From positions 4,224,001 through 4,288,000 of the forward strand of contig OZ245006.1 of assembly GCA_965223545.1 (NCBI GenBank): a DNA stretch of 64,000 nt, in the 5' to 3' direction. Made by a program: the position numbers and the translations under genes. Below the pieces are notes generated by a model. It ran no database searches and was not told the origin of the DNA. It saw only the letters and a list, made by a program, of their open reading frames with translations. This DNA is from Planctomycetota bacterium. GTDB taxonomy: Bacteria; Planctomycetota; UBA1135; UBA2386. Positions within the stretch are counted from its first letter, which is position 1, and each line of letters begins with the position of its first letter. Shown here one piece after another: positions 49,325-58,335 of this stretch.

Positions 49325-50635
49325 TCAGTCGATCTCGTACGGCAGTGCGCCTGCCTTCTGCAGGTACGGGCACTTGCGACAGTAGTCGGTGAGCTCACCG
49401 GTGTAGAGCCCAACCCGCAGGCGCTGGTACTCGGGCCCGTTCCAGATGTCTTCGAACTCCTGCTCGAACGCGTTGCCGAGGATCGGGCGGTCGGGCGCGC
49501 AGCAGGGAAACACCTCGCCGTTGAGGCCGACGAAGACCCGGCGCCACGGCATGTCGCAGTAGTACTTGCCGCCGTAGTCCGCGGGCTGCGCCATCGGCAA
49601 CGTCGTCTCGGACGGCTCGTGGGATGCCGCCGCGCCGCACTCCTTTGGTTCGGGGGTCTGCGCGGCGGACGCGACGGTGGGAACCGGGCTGCCGGCGGCT
49701 GGCGCGGACGGAGCCGCCGCCAGCTGCTCGGGTGCTTGCGCTGTCGGCGTTTGCTCGGCAGTGCTCTCTTGGTGCGCGTCCGGTGGCGGTCCGTCGCTCG
49801 TGCTCTCGGCGGCCGCGGCGGCGAGCCGCGCGGCCGCATCCGGTGGCAATGGCTCCGGAAACTCGATCTCGATGCCGTGCGAGGCGGCAATGGCGCGGGC
49901 CTCATCGAGGGCGCGGTTGGTCACCTCCGGACAGTGCATCGGCGATGACGCGCGGATCCGCTCGCTGGTGATGATGACGTAACAGGCGGAGACGAAGTCG
50001 ACGTCGTTGGCGGCGGCGATCTCCATGATCCGCGGCAACTCGTGGACGTTCTCCCGCATCAGGACGACGTTGAAGCAGAACTTGATGTCGTGCCGGAGGC
50101 CGAGGTGTCGGCGCGCTCGAGCGAACGCGCGCACGTTGGTCATTACGGTGTCGAAGTCGCCGCCGGTGCGCACGTGCTCGAAGGTCGCCTTACTGGCCCC
50201 GTCGAACGACACGGTCAGGCGCTGCAAGTGCGGCATCATGTGCTCCATGCGATCGCCGCACAGCAGCATACCGTTGGTGAACATCTCCAGCTTGCAGCCG
50301 AAGCGTGCGACCGTGTCGATGAACTCCTCGAAGTAGGGCAGCACGAACGGTTCGCCGCTCAGCGTCGGGTTGATCGTGCGCATGTGCGGGAACGCGCGCT
50401 CGGCAACCATGCGGAACGTCTCCAACGGCATCGTGAACCGCGGCCGGCCCGCGGCGCGCAGGTCGTCGCGCAGCATCTCGTAGCCGCACATGAAGCAGTG
50501 CAGATTGCAGGCGCCGGTGAACTCGAAGACGCCGTGCATCGGCCAGCCGTCCACAGTGCCGCTGCCGTGCCGCTCTGCTGCCAGGACGCGTTGGTCATTG
50601 ACGCGTTTGGCGTCTTCGAATGGCGGCGCGCTCAT
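49325..50635 (-). CDS. Radical SAM enzyme with SPASM/twitch domain
   Basis: CNLHCFMC, SGEP, TNG, SFDG; C-terminal CDMPW...GEVFPCC...CRKC after a Pro/Ala-rich linker. Confidence 0.93.
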   Translation of the reverse strand: MSAPPFEDAKRVNDQRVLAAERHGSGTVDGWPMHGVFEFTGACNLHCFMCGYEMLRDDLRAAGRPRFTMPLETFRMVAERAFPHMRTINPTLSGEPFVLPYFEEFIDTVARFGCKLEMFTNGMLLCGDRMEHMMPHLQRLTVSFDGASKATFEHVRTGGDFDTVMTNVRAFARARRHLGLRHDIKFCFNVVLMRENVHELPRIMEIAAANDVDFVSACYVIITSERIRASSPMHCPEVTNRALDEARAIAASHGIEIEFPEPLPPDAAARLAAAAAESTSDGPPPDAHQESTAEQTPTAQAPEQLAAAPSAPAAGSPVPTVASAAQTPEPKECGAAASHEPSETTLPMAQPADYGGKYYCDMPWRRVFVGLNGEVFPCCAPDRPILGNAFEQEFEDIWNGPEYQRLRVGLYTGELTDYCRKCPYLQKAGALPYEID

Positions 50636-50696
50636 CTCGGCGATGGTAGTTGTCGGCCCGGGACGCGCAACCTGCCCAGCCCTGAGCGGCCCGCCA

Positions 50697-51968
50697 TCAG
50701 GGCGCCCCCGCGCCGGTGCGCGAGGCCCACGCCGCGAAGTGATGCGCCTCGGCACGGGGCTCGTGGGCGAGCATCGGCGTGTCGCGGTGGTAGTCGCGGA
50801 AAGCCCGGCTGAAGCCCTTCGGGTCGCGGTCCCACCAGCGTCGGGCGAGCATCGATCCGTGCTGCAGTCGCTCGAAGCGGAGCTTGGCGACGAGGAGGGT
50901 GGCGATCCGGAGGCCGTCCGAGTGCACGCCGGCCATCGGCGGAGGCGGCGGCGGGGCGGAGTCGGGGTCCCGCAAGGCGCCCGCCAGCCAGTGCGCGGCC
51001 TCACCGAGGGAGTCCGTGTCGACGTCGGTGCGCCACTCGCCGTCGACCAGGTGGGGCGGCGTGGTCTCGAGCGCAGCGGGTATCTCGCGGCCGCAGCGAT
51101 CCGCGATCGCCCGCACGCGGTCCAGCTCGCGGAGCAGCGGGTCGACGTCGCCTGCGGCCACCGTGCCTTCCATGCGTTCGAGGGTGATCCCGCGCAGCCG
51201 GCGGCAACGGGGTGCCCAAGTCTCGCACAGGGCCCAGACCGGTTCGGGGACCGCGGCGTCGTGGCTGTCGAGGCGCAGGGTGCGGCCGTTCGGCAACCAC
51301 GCCGGGTCGCTGCGGCGGCCACCCGAGACGTGGATCTCGATCACGGAGTCGAGATCGACGCGCTGCAGGTAGTCCTCCGCCTCGATGCCGAGGTTGATCG
51401 CCATGGTGTAGACGTTGTGCAGATCCAGGACCAAGTGCGTCCGGGGCGCGCTCAACACCGAGGCGAGAAACGCCGGCTCATGCAGCCAATCACCGGGGCT
51501 GCAGTAGTGCACGGTGGTCTCCACGCCGACGTCGGCCACGATGCGCTGCAAGGCCGCCAAGTTGTCGCGCAAGGCCCGCGCCCATGCGTCGCACATCGGC
51601 AGTGCCATCGGCAACGCGACGTTCTCGCCGGCGACGACGGAGGCGCCGAGATGGTCGGTGTACCAGGCGTAGCGGAGCATGCGATGGTCCTCCGCGATGC
51701 GCTCCAGCCACTGCTCACGCCGGACGCGATCGGCCGAATCGATCGACCCGAGGCTGAGCCCGACGCCGTGTGCGACGATGGTCTTGCCGCGCTCTGCGTG
51801 ACGCTGCACTTGGCGGTGGAAGCCGTTGGGACGCAGCCCGGCGCCGTCTGCGACCCAGAGGGTCTCCGGCGCGACTTCGAGATAGTCGGCGCGTTCCAGC
51901 GCGGGCGCCAGCAGCTGCAGGTACTGCGCGTCGGGCTGGAAGGTGATGCCGGTGGCGGCGCCGCTCAC
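50697..51968 (-). CDS. DUF692 / MNIO (MbnB/TglH/ChrH superfamily) enzyme with C-terminal helical extension
   Basis: EVAPE, HGVGLSLGS, YTDHL, LDLHNVY, EIHVSGG, LDSHDAAVPEPVW, TLER. GTG overlaps the upstream stop. Confidence 0.9.
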   Translation of the reverse strand: MSGAATGITFQPDAQYLQLLAPALERADYLEVAPETLWVADGAGLRPNGFHRQVQRHAERGKTIVAHGVGLSLGSIDSADRVRREQWLERIAEDHRMLRYAWYTDHLGASVVAGENVALPMALPMCDAWARALRDNLAALQRIVADVGVETTVHYCSPGDWLHEPAFLASVLSAPRTHLVLDLHNVYTMAINLGIEAEDYLQRVDLDSVIEIHVSGGRRSDPAWLPNGRTLRLDSHDAAVPEPVWALCETWAPRCRRLRGITLERMEGTVAAGDVDPLLRELDRVRAIADRCGREIPAALETTPPHLVDGEWRTDVDTDSLGEAAHWLAGALRDPDSAPPPPPPMAGVHSDGLRIATLLVAKLRFERLQHGSMLARRWWDRDPKGFSRAFRDYHRDTPMLAHEPRAEAHHFAAWASRTGAGAP

Positions 51969-52867
51969 TCGCTGTAGAAGAAGAGGAAGCGCTGGGCGAG
52001 TTCGGGGACGTGCCCCATGCCGCAGCCGACGGCGACGTTGTCGCGCTCGCCCTCGATGCGCATGCCGCAACCGCCGCTGTGCGCCCACTTGGCGCCGGGC
52101 AGGTGCGGCTGGACGATCTCCTGCCGGCTGGCGTCCGCCAAAGCGGCCAGCAGGCGCTCGCCGTCGCCCGCGCGGCGTGGTGCGGCGGCGGCGATGCGCA
52201 CTACGGCCGCGGCCCGCACCAGCAGGCCTGGATCGGCGGTGCCCGAGTTCATCGCCCGATCGAGTGCTTCGCGCTCGTCCTCGGCCAGCGTGGCCCGCTG
52301 TCGGTCGGCGCGCTCCGCCAGCCAGCCGAGGTTCGGCGCGACGGCTCGCCGGACGGCGGCGCTGAGCCTGGCCACGCAATCCCGGTAGTAGCGCTCCTCC
52401 GCGCCGTCTCGGGGGCTCCGCATCGGTGCGCGGGGCGGGGCTTCCGCCAGCTCAGGCGCGATTGGGACGACCTCGTCTCGAGCCGGGTCCACGAGCAGCA
52501 TCAGGGGGTCGCCATCGATCTTGACGGCGAGGTGGCTGCGCAGCTCGCCCGCGGTCGCGCAGGCGGGAACGCACAGGGCCAGGTCGCGCAGGGCTTCGTC
52601 ATCGGCGTGGTTGAGCCACGCGCCGAACAGCTCTCCCCGTTGCCAGCGGGCGGATTGGTCCTCGGGAAACAGCAGCACGAGCAAGGGTTTGCCGTGAGCC
52701 CGGGCGCGGCGCGTCGCCGCGACGAGGGCGGCGGTGCGCGCCGATCCGTCCGTGCCATCGGCCGGATCCTGGGCGCCCAGCGCTGCCGCCAACCAACTCG
52801 GCAGCGCGATCGCGCCTGCGGTAGCGGTGGATCGGACAAGGAACTGGCGGCGGTTCACGTCGGTCAT
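51965..52867 (-). CDS. Tat-signal secreted protein with C-terminal GCGM...GCGMGH motifs
   Basis: MTDVNRRQFL...ALGA twin-arginine leader, GKPLLVL thioredoxin-like start, C-terminus HSGGCGMRIEGERDNVAVGCGMGHVPELAQRFLFFYSE. Confidence 0.85.
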   Translation of the reverse strand: MTDVNRRQFLVRSTATAGAIALPSWLAAALGAQDPADGTDGSARTAALVAATRRARAHGKPLLVLLFPEDQSARWQRGELFGAWLNHADDEALRDLALCVPACATAGELRSHLAVKIDGDPLMLLVDPARDEVVPIAPELAEAPPRAPMRSPRDGAEERYYRDCVARLSAAVRRAVAPNLGWLAERADRQRATLAEDEREALDRAMNSGTADPGLLVRAAAVVRIAAAAPRRAGDGERLLAALADASRQEIVQPHLPGAKWAHSGGCGMRIEGERDNVAVGCGMGHVPELAQRFLFFYSE

Positions 52868-53166
52868 TCTAGGCGCTCTCGATGGGTCGAATCCGGGGCG
52901 GCACACCAGCTGCAACGTCAGACCAGCCGGGAAGTTCCGGAGGGTTGATCGGCCGGGGCCGTGGCCGGCTTGACGGCGGGGTCGCGCCCGGGGCCCAAGG
53001 GCAGGTCGAGTTGGCTCAGGTTCGGACTCGGCTCCAGCCGATCCACCGGTATCCGCCTTGTGATCGAAGGAGCCGGATGTCGCTGTCGGCGAGCCGGTCG
53101 AACCGTTCCCAAATGGATGACTCTCATTCCATCCGCACTGTCTCGGATTCCACAGAGGGTTGATCG

Positions 53167-54876
53167 ATGCGTCTACATGGGTTGGCCCCGTTTCTGATTC
53201 TGTTCGCCGGCTGCAGCAGCGACGGCGGTTCCGACTTGATGACCCCGACGATCGCGTCGGCGTCCTTCGTCGGTGCCGGAGCGTCTCCCGCGGCCGGGGA
53301 TGTCATCCACCTACTGATGTCGCGCGACGTCGAGTTGACGGCACAGACGCTCGATGACGACGACCTGCAGCTCTCCGACGGAAGCGTCGGGACGATCGTC
53401 GGCACCGCGCTGCAGCTCGATTCGCGGACGGTCCAAGTGCGTCTTGGCGCTGGCACGACGTTCACCCCGGGTACGACGACGGTGGTGTTCACCGGGCGCA
53501 ACGACGCCGTCGTCAGTCGCAGTGGGCTTCCGGCTCAGGGCGGCACCCCCCGCGTTGTCGAGGTCGGTGACGGTGATCGTCCCACGATCCTGGGAGTGAC
53601 ACTCAACGGCGTCTCGGACACGTTCAATGGCCGTGGTGCCGCCGGCGGCGTTCTGATGGTGCCGCGCAACGGTTTCTCGGTCGACATTCAGCACACCGAC
53701 GGGACGTCGGGTGTCGATCGAGCGCGGACGCAGATCACCACCAACACCGTCGTCGAGACCCCGCTGGGGGCGCTGCCCGCGGGCACCGACATCACGGGTT
53801 GGACCACGATGAGCACGGCGGGCAACGTCACCTCGTTCCGGATCGACCCGGAGATCGTGTTCCCCGACGGCTTCGCCTCCATCACCGGCGTGGTCGTCGA
53901 TCAGACGGGGATGAGCTCCGAGCCCCAGTCGTTCGTCTTCAAGGTCACCGACGCGACGTCCGCCCTGCGGCCGACCGAGCGGACGCAGGTGTGGTATCTC
54001 GACACGACCCGCGACCTGGAGTCCTACGACGTCGACGGCAACGGCGTCAACGTGATCGGAGGCGCCAACGGCCGTTCGGACCTGGAGGATCTCTTCGAGG
54101 TCGTCGGCCTGTATGGGGGCGGAGGTCTCAACCGGATGGTGATGTCGGGCGTGGAGAACGCGATCCTCGAACGCCTGCAGCAGTACTGCTTCGGCGTCGA
54201 CGCGGTGTTCACGTTCGATCGCCCCGGACCGCCGTTCCCGAGCGAGGAGAGCGTCGGCTACCCGACGTTCCCGTACTCGCAGATCTGCATCGCGGGGGCG
54301 GCCGACTACAAGGGCACCAGCAGCCTTCTCGGCCTGGCGATCTTCGACCCGAACAACACGACGCAGGACAACGACTGTCTGGCGGATGTTCTCGGCGAGC
54401 GGCTCGGCGTGTTCGTGCACACCCTGGTGCATGGCTACATGACCGCCGGTTCGACGACGACCTACCGGCTGACCTTCGACCCGCTCACCCCGTGGTTTGG
54501 CGGAACGCCGATCGGCAACGATTCGCTCGACATCCAGCGGATGACAGGACAGCTGAACGACGCCCGCACGGTGGTGATCGAGAACGCGATCGACCGCATG
54601 GGCTACTTCATCGCGTCCGTGGTCGCTCACGAGTGCGGCCACTCGATGGGACTGGTTCAGGATGGCGCGATGCCGGTCGGCTTGTTCGGCGGTGACGCCA
54701 CCAATTTCCCCGGCTCGACTTCGGGCCACATCGACACGAGCTTCCAGTACACGGGATTCGCGATGAACCTGATGAGTCCGTTCATCGACTTCGACGGTGC
54801 CATCGACCCGGGGTCGAGCTTCAACCACCTCAATCTCACGTACCTGCGCGAGCAGGTCCTGTACGGCAACAAGTGA
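53167..54876 (+). CDS. Lipoprotein with Ig-like region and zincin-type metallopeptidase motif
   Basis: Lipobox LFAGC; VAHECGHSMGL with downstream NLMSP (Met-turn-like). Confidence 0.8.
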   Translation: MRLHGLAPFLILFAGCSSDGGSDLMTPTIASASFVGAGASPAAGDVIHLLMSRDVELTAQTLDDDDLQLSDGSVGTIVGTALQLDSRTVQVRLGAGTTFTPGTTTVVFTGRNDAVVSRSGLPAQGGTPRVVEVGDGDRPTILGVTLNGVSDTFNGRGAAGGVLMVPRNGFSVDIQHTDGTSGVDRARTQITTNTVVETPLGALPAGTDITGWTTMSTAGNVTSFRIDPEIVFPDGFASITGVVVDQTGMSSEPQSFVFKVTDATSALRPTERTQVWYLDTTRDLESYDVDGNGVNVIGGANGRSDLEDLFEVVGLYGGGGLNRMVMSGVENAILERLQQYCFGVDAVFTFDRPGPPFPSEESVGYPTFPYSQICIAGAADYKGTSSLLGLAIFDPNNTTQDNDCLADVLGERLGVFVHTLVHGYMTAGSTTTYRLTFDPLTPWFGGTPIGNDSLDIQRMTGQLNDARTVVIENAIDRMGYFIASVVAHECGHSMGLVQDGAMPVGLFGGDATNFPGSTSGHIDTSFQYTGFAMNLMSPFIDFDGAIDPGSSFNHLNLTYLREQVLYGNK

Positions 54877-54886
54877 GGCGCTCGTC

Positions 54887-55855
54887 ATGAAGATCCAGAT
54901 CAGTGCTCTGAGTGTGCTGTTGGTGGCCTCGGCGGGCGCGCAACAGCTTCCGTTGGCGGTGTCCGACGCCGATCTCGTCGTCGTCGCCACCGACACTGGT
55001 GTGCGGCCGCTCGGCAAGGACTTCATCCTGCACACGCTGACGGTCGAGGCGGTGCTGAGCGGTCAGGCGCCGGAGCGGGTGACGGTGGTCGAGCACAAGC
55101 GGTTCGCTGCCGCGGTGCGGCCGACCCCGGGCCAGCGGCGCCTCTACTGCTTGCGCGGCTACGACGAGCAAGCGCGCCGGCTGTCGCTGCCGACGCGGAG
55201 GGCGCCGTACTACAAGATGGTCGCCCACGCCGGCAGCAACCCGCCCGTCGGCGAGATCGAGTCGGATCCCGCGGTGACCCTGGTGCGGGCGGTCGTTGCA
55301 GCGGAGGACGAGCTCCCCGAGAAGACGGCACAGGTGCTGCTCGGGGTGATCTTTGGCGATGCGGTCACCGTGCGCAGAGACGCCGTCGAGGCGTTGATCC
55401 GGCACCGGCGTGCGCTGGCCTCGCTGGACGAGTCCCAGCACCAGCGCCTGCTGGTCGGCATGCTGGCCGAGCGGGAGGACATTCCATTCAAGCTGGCCTT
55501 GGCGCATCTGTGCGCCGAGCTGCGGCTGGACGGCATCGTGCCGGCCATGTGCGAGGCGGTGGCGCAGACGACCGACTTGCGGGTGCCGCAGGTGGCCGGC
55601 CGCATCGCGCGCGCCCTGCATGGCGAGCAGGCTCACGAAGAGCTGCTCGGAGCGTTGCGCGCGGCGCGGCGCCCCGCACTGCGGGCACGCATGCTGATCG
55701 CGGTCGGCGCGACGTCCACCGTGGGCGCCCTCGATTACCTCTTGGCGCAGCGAGACCGCGCGGGCGAGGGCCGTGCCGACATCGACGCGGCGCTGCGCTT
55801 GCACGGATCGCGACGGGCCAAGGCCATTCTGCGAGGAAACGGAAACCAGCGATGA
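54887..55855 (+). CDS. Secreted hypothetical protein (beta N-domain plus HEAT-like helices)
   Basis: Signal peptide, ADLVVVA motif, helical repeat-like C-terminal half. Confidence 0.7.
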   Translation: MKIQISALSVLLVASAGAQQLPLAVSDADLVVVATDTGVRPLGKDFILHTLTVEAVLSGQAPERVTVVEHKRFAAAVRPTPGQRRLYCLRGYDEQARRLSLPTRRAPYYKMVAHAGSNPPVGEIESDPAVTLVRAVVAAEDELPEKTAQVLLGVIFGDAVTVRRDAVEALIRHRRALASLDESQHQRLLVGMLAEREDIPFKLALAHLCAELRLDGIVPAMCEAVAQTTDLRVPQVAGRIARALHGEQAHEELLGALRAARRPALRARMLIAVGATSTVGALDYLLAQRDRAGEGRADIDAALRLHGSRRAKAILRGNGNQR

Positions 55856-56460
55856 CAGCCTTCGAGAAGATCGCCCGCAGCTCAGCGGTGGGCCTCGTCG
55901 CCTTGCTCGCAGGGTGCGAGTCGATGCAGGGAGTGCGAGTTGCCGGCAGTGTCGTCGGCGGCCCGATCACCAGCTACGACGTCAATACCAATGACAGCGA
56001 CGGCGAGGCGCTCGGTGGTCGCCTGCAGATCAGCCAGACGGTGCGCGACCTGCCCGAGATCGAGATGGGCATCCGCGTCGACGGCATGGTCAAGGAGGCC
56101 GACGACAGCAGCGGTGGGTTGACCACCGACATGGAAGGTGCCGAGCTCAACGTGGCGCCGACTCTGCGGTGGAGGCCGTTTGCCGAGGGTGGCGCGGTGC
56201 AGCCGTTCGTCGAGGGCTTCGTCGGCTACAACCACAGCTGGTTCGACATCACGCGTACCAGCGGATCGTTGTCGATCGCCGACGACGGCAGCGCTGGCGG
56301 CCTGGTCTACGGCGTCGGCGGCGGGCTCGAGTTCGGCTCAGCCGGCAGCGCATTCCAGGTCGGCATCGAGTTCTTGCGCATCGACTCAGAGTTGAACGGC
56401 AGCACGGACGTCGACGAGACCCGATTTCAAGGCTTCGCCGGCCTGATCTTCTCATTCTGA
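55852..56460 (+). CDS. Outer-membrane beta-barrel (OmpA-like) protein with lipobox
   Basis: LLAGC, amphipathic strands, QPFVEGFVGY, YGVGGGLEF, terminal FAGLIFSF. Confidence 0.85.
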   Translation: MTAFEKIARSSAVGLVALLAGCESMQGVRVAGSVVGGPITSYDVNTNDSDGEALGGRLQISQTVRDLPEIEMGIRVDGMVKEADDSSGGLTTDMEGAELNVAPTLRWRPFAEGGAVQPFVEGFVGYNHSWFDITRTSGSLSIADDGSAGGLVYGVGGGLEFGSAGSAFQVGIEFLRIDSELNGSTDVDETRFQGFAGLIFSF

Positions 56461-58212
56461 CGCGTTCTCCAGGCCGGAGAGCGCGTAGACCCGCGTCAGG
56501 TCGACCTGCGGCAGCGCGGCAACCAGCCGGCGGAAGGCGTTGACCGCGCGCAGGCTGGCCGGATCGGTTGGCAGCGCGGCGAACGCACCGCGCGAGGCCA
56601 CCAGGACCACCTTGCGCCGGGCGCGCGACAGCGCGACGTTGAGCCGATTGACCGAGAAGAAGAAGGCGGCGCGGTGATCCAGGCTGTCGGCGTCGCCCAC
56701 AGCCATCGAGATCAGGACGACGTCGCGCTCCTGGCCCTGGATCCGCTCGACGGTGTCGACGGTCAGTGCCGCGACGTCCGGCAGTGCCTTCTTTTCGATG
56801 GCGGTGCGAATCAGGCGGACCTGCGCGCGGAACGGTGCGACGACGGCGATCTCGCCGGGCCCGAAGCCGTGGTGCCGCACCAGCTCGTCGATCAGATCGG
56901 CGATGAGGTTGGCTTCCTCCGGTGATCGCTTGCCCGGTTGCAGGTGGTCGATCCGCGCCAAGACCGCGCCCCGGTCCGGCCGGAGCACGTCGTCGAAGGT
57001 ACCGCCGGGGCGCACGGGAAGCCGTCGATCGGCGGCGCTGTCGGCAGAGGTCAGCGCGTCCCCGTAGAACGCGCGGCTGACGACGTCACAGATGTCGCGG
57101 TTCATCCGGTAGGTGACGTCGAGAAGGTGCGGTGGATAGTGGTCGGCAAAGTGCGCGAAGATCGAGCGCGTGACTTCGCCGTCCGTGTGGTGGGCCTTGA
57201 CCACCGGAGGCAGCTGGCAGTGGTCGCCAAGCAGGATCCACCGTTGTGAGAGCAGCATGCCGGCGATCGCATGCGGAATCGGCAGCTGGGCGGCTTCGTC
57301 GAAGAACGTGTAGTGGAACGTGCGCTGGCTCGGCAGCTTCGCCAGCGCGAAGCACGTGCCGGCGATGACCGCGGAGGTCGTCGGCAGGCGATGGCCATGG
57401 CGGGGATTGACCAGGCGAATGCCGGCGCGAAGCAGCTCGCGGTCCGTGCCGCGGGGGTAACCGAGCTTGATGAGCTGGAGATCGGGGTCGATGCGGCGCA
57501 GGGCGAGCAGAGCGTTGTCGACCGCCCGGTGGGTGAACGCACTGAGCGCGATGCGGCAGCCGCGGGCGCACAGGGCGGCGACGACCTCGGCGAGGAGGCG
57601 GGTCTTGCCGGTCCCCGGTGGTCCCTGCACCAACGTCAGCTGGTCGCAGGCGATCGCCTCGGCACCGGCGACCACCTGCGAGGGGTTGAGGCCCTGCCCG
57701 GTCAGCAGCGCGGTGGCGCGGTCGTAGCGACCCGTGTCCTTGGTCAGAGAGAGCTCGCCCCGCAGCGCGGCCGAGACGTCGGTGTCGGCGAAGCCGGCAC
57801 GCACGACGTCGTGCAGCCTACCGCGCGCACCCACTGTCCGCCGGTCGATGCAGTAGATGTGGTTGGCCCGCAACCGGAGATCGCTGGCGCGGGCAAAGCG
57901 GTCGCGCTGCAGTCGCAGCCGCCTGTTCTGCGGCTCGTAACCCCCGTAGATCATCGACAGGCCGGTGCCGAGGTCGAGGCCGTCGCTGACCGTCAGCCGG
58001 TCGCCAGCACGGAACTTGCTGACGTTCTCGTCGACCTCGAACTCGAGCACGTCGTTGCCCTGCGCGCGCAACAGGACAGCATCCTTGATGCACTCACCCT
58101 CGAGAACTCGATCGTCGATCGAAAGCGCGCGCAGATCCTCGTTGCTGCGCAGCTCGTCGTCTTCTTCTCGATCGAGAAAGCGGATCAGCCGTTGCTCGAG
58201 CGAGACATCCAT
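56452..58212 (-). CDS. SF1 DNA2/Upf1-like helicase
   Basis: QGPPGTGKT, AFTHRAVDN, DEAAQ, GDHCQLPPV, TYRM, APFRAQ, TVERIQGQE, RLNVALSRAR. Confidence 0.95.
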   Translation of the reverse strand: MDVSLEQRLIRFLDREEDDELRSNEDLRALSIDDRVLEGECIKDAVLLRAQGNDVLEFEVDENVSKFRAGDRLTVSDGLDLGTGLSMIYGGYEPQNRRLRLQRDRFARASDLRLRANHIYCIDRRTVGARGRLHDVVRAGFADTDVSAALRGELSLTKDTGRYDRATALLTGQGLNPSQVVAGAEAIACDQLTLVQGPPGTGKTRLLAEVVAALCARGCRIALSAFTHRAVDNALLALRRIDPDLQLIKLGYPRGTDRELLRAGIRLVNPRHGHRLPTTSAVIAGTCFALAKLPSQRTFHYTFFDEAAQLPIPHAIAGMLLSQRWILLGDHCQLPPVVKAHHTDGEVTRSIFAHFADHYPPHLLDVTYRMNRDICDVVSRAFYGDALTSADSAADRRLPVRPGGTFDDVLRPDRGAVLARIDHLQPGKRSPEEANLIADLIDELVRHHGFGPGEIAVVAPFRAQVRLIRTAIEKKALPDVAALTVDTVERIQGQERDVVLISMAVGDADSLDHRAAFFFSVNRLNVALSRARRKVVLVASRGAFAALPTDPASLRAVNAFRRLVAALPQVDLTRVYALSGLENASE

Positions 58213-58270
58213 CGACGCGACCCAGCAGACAACACCGGCGCCGCTCCCGCGAGCAGAAGTGCGTTCGCGG

Positions 58271-58323
58271 CCCCGAAATTTCCTGCGGTGTGTACTCCGT
58301 ACACACCGCAGGAAATTTCGGGG
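58271..58323. repeat. Perfect 25-bp inverted repeat with a 3-nt loop
   Basis: ccccgaaatttcctgcggtgtgtac-tcc-gtacacaccgcaggaaatttcgggg. Confidence 0.95.
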
Positions 58324-58335
58324 GATTGAGCTCAC

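Noticed and set aside
52918..53127. Small ORF upstream of the Tat/MNIO pair as a RiPP precursor
   Set aside because: It has no Cys, no leader/core pattern, and lies in a divergent promoter region.
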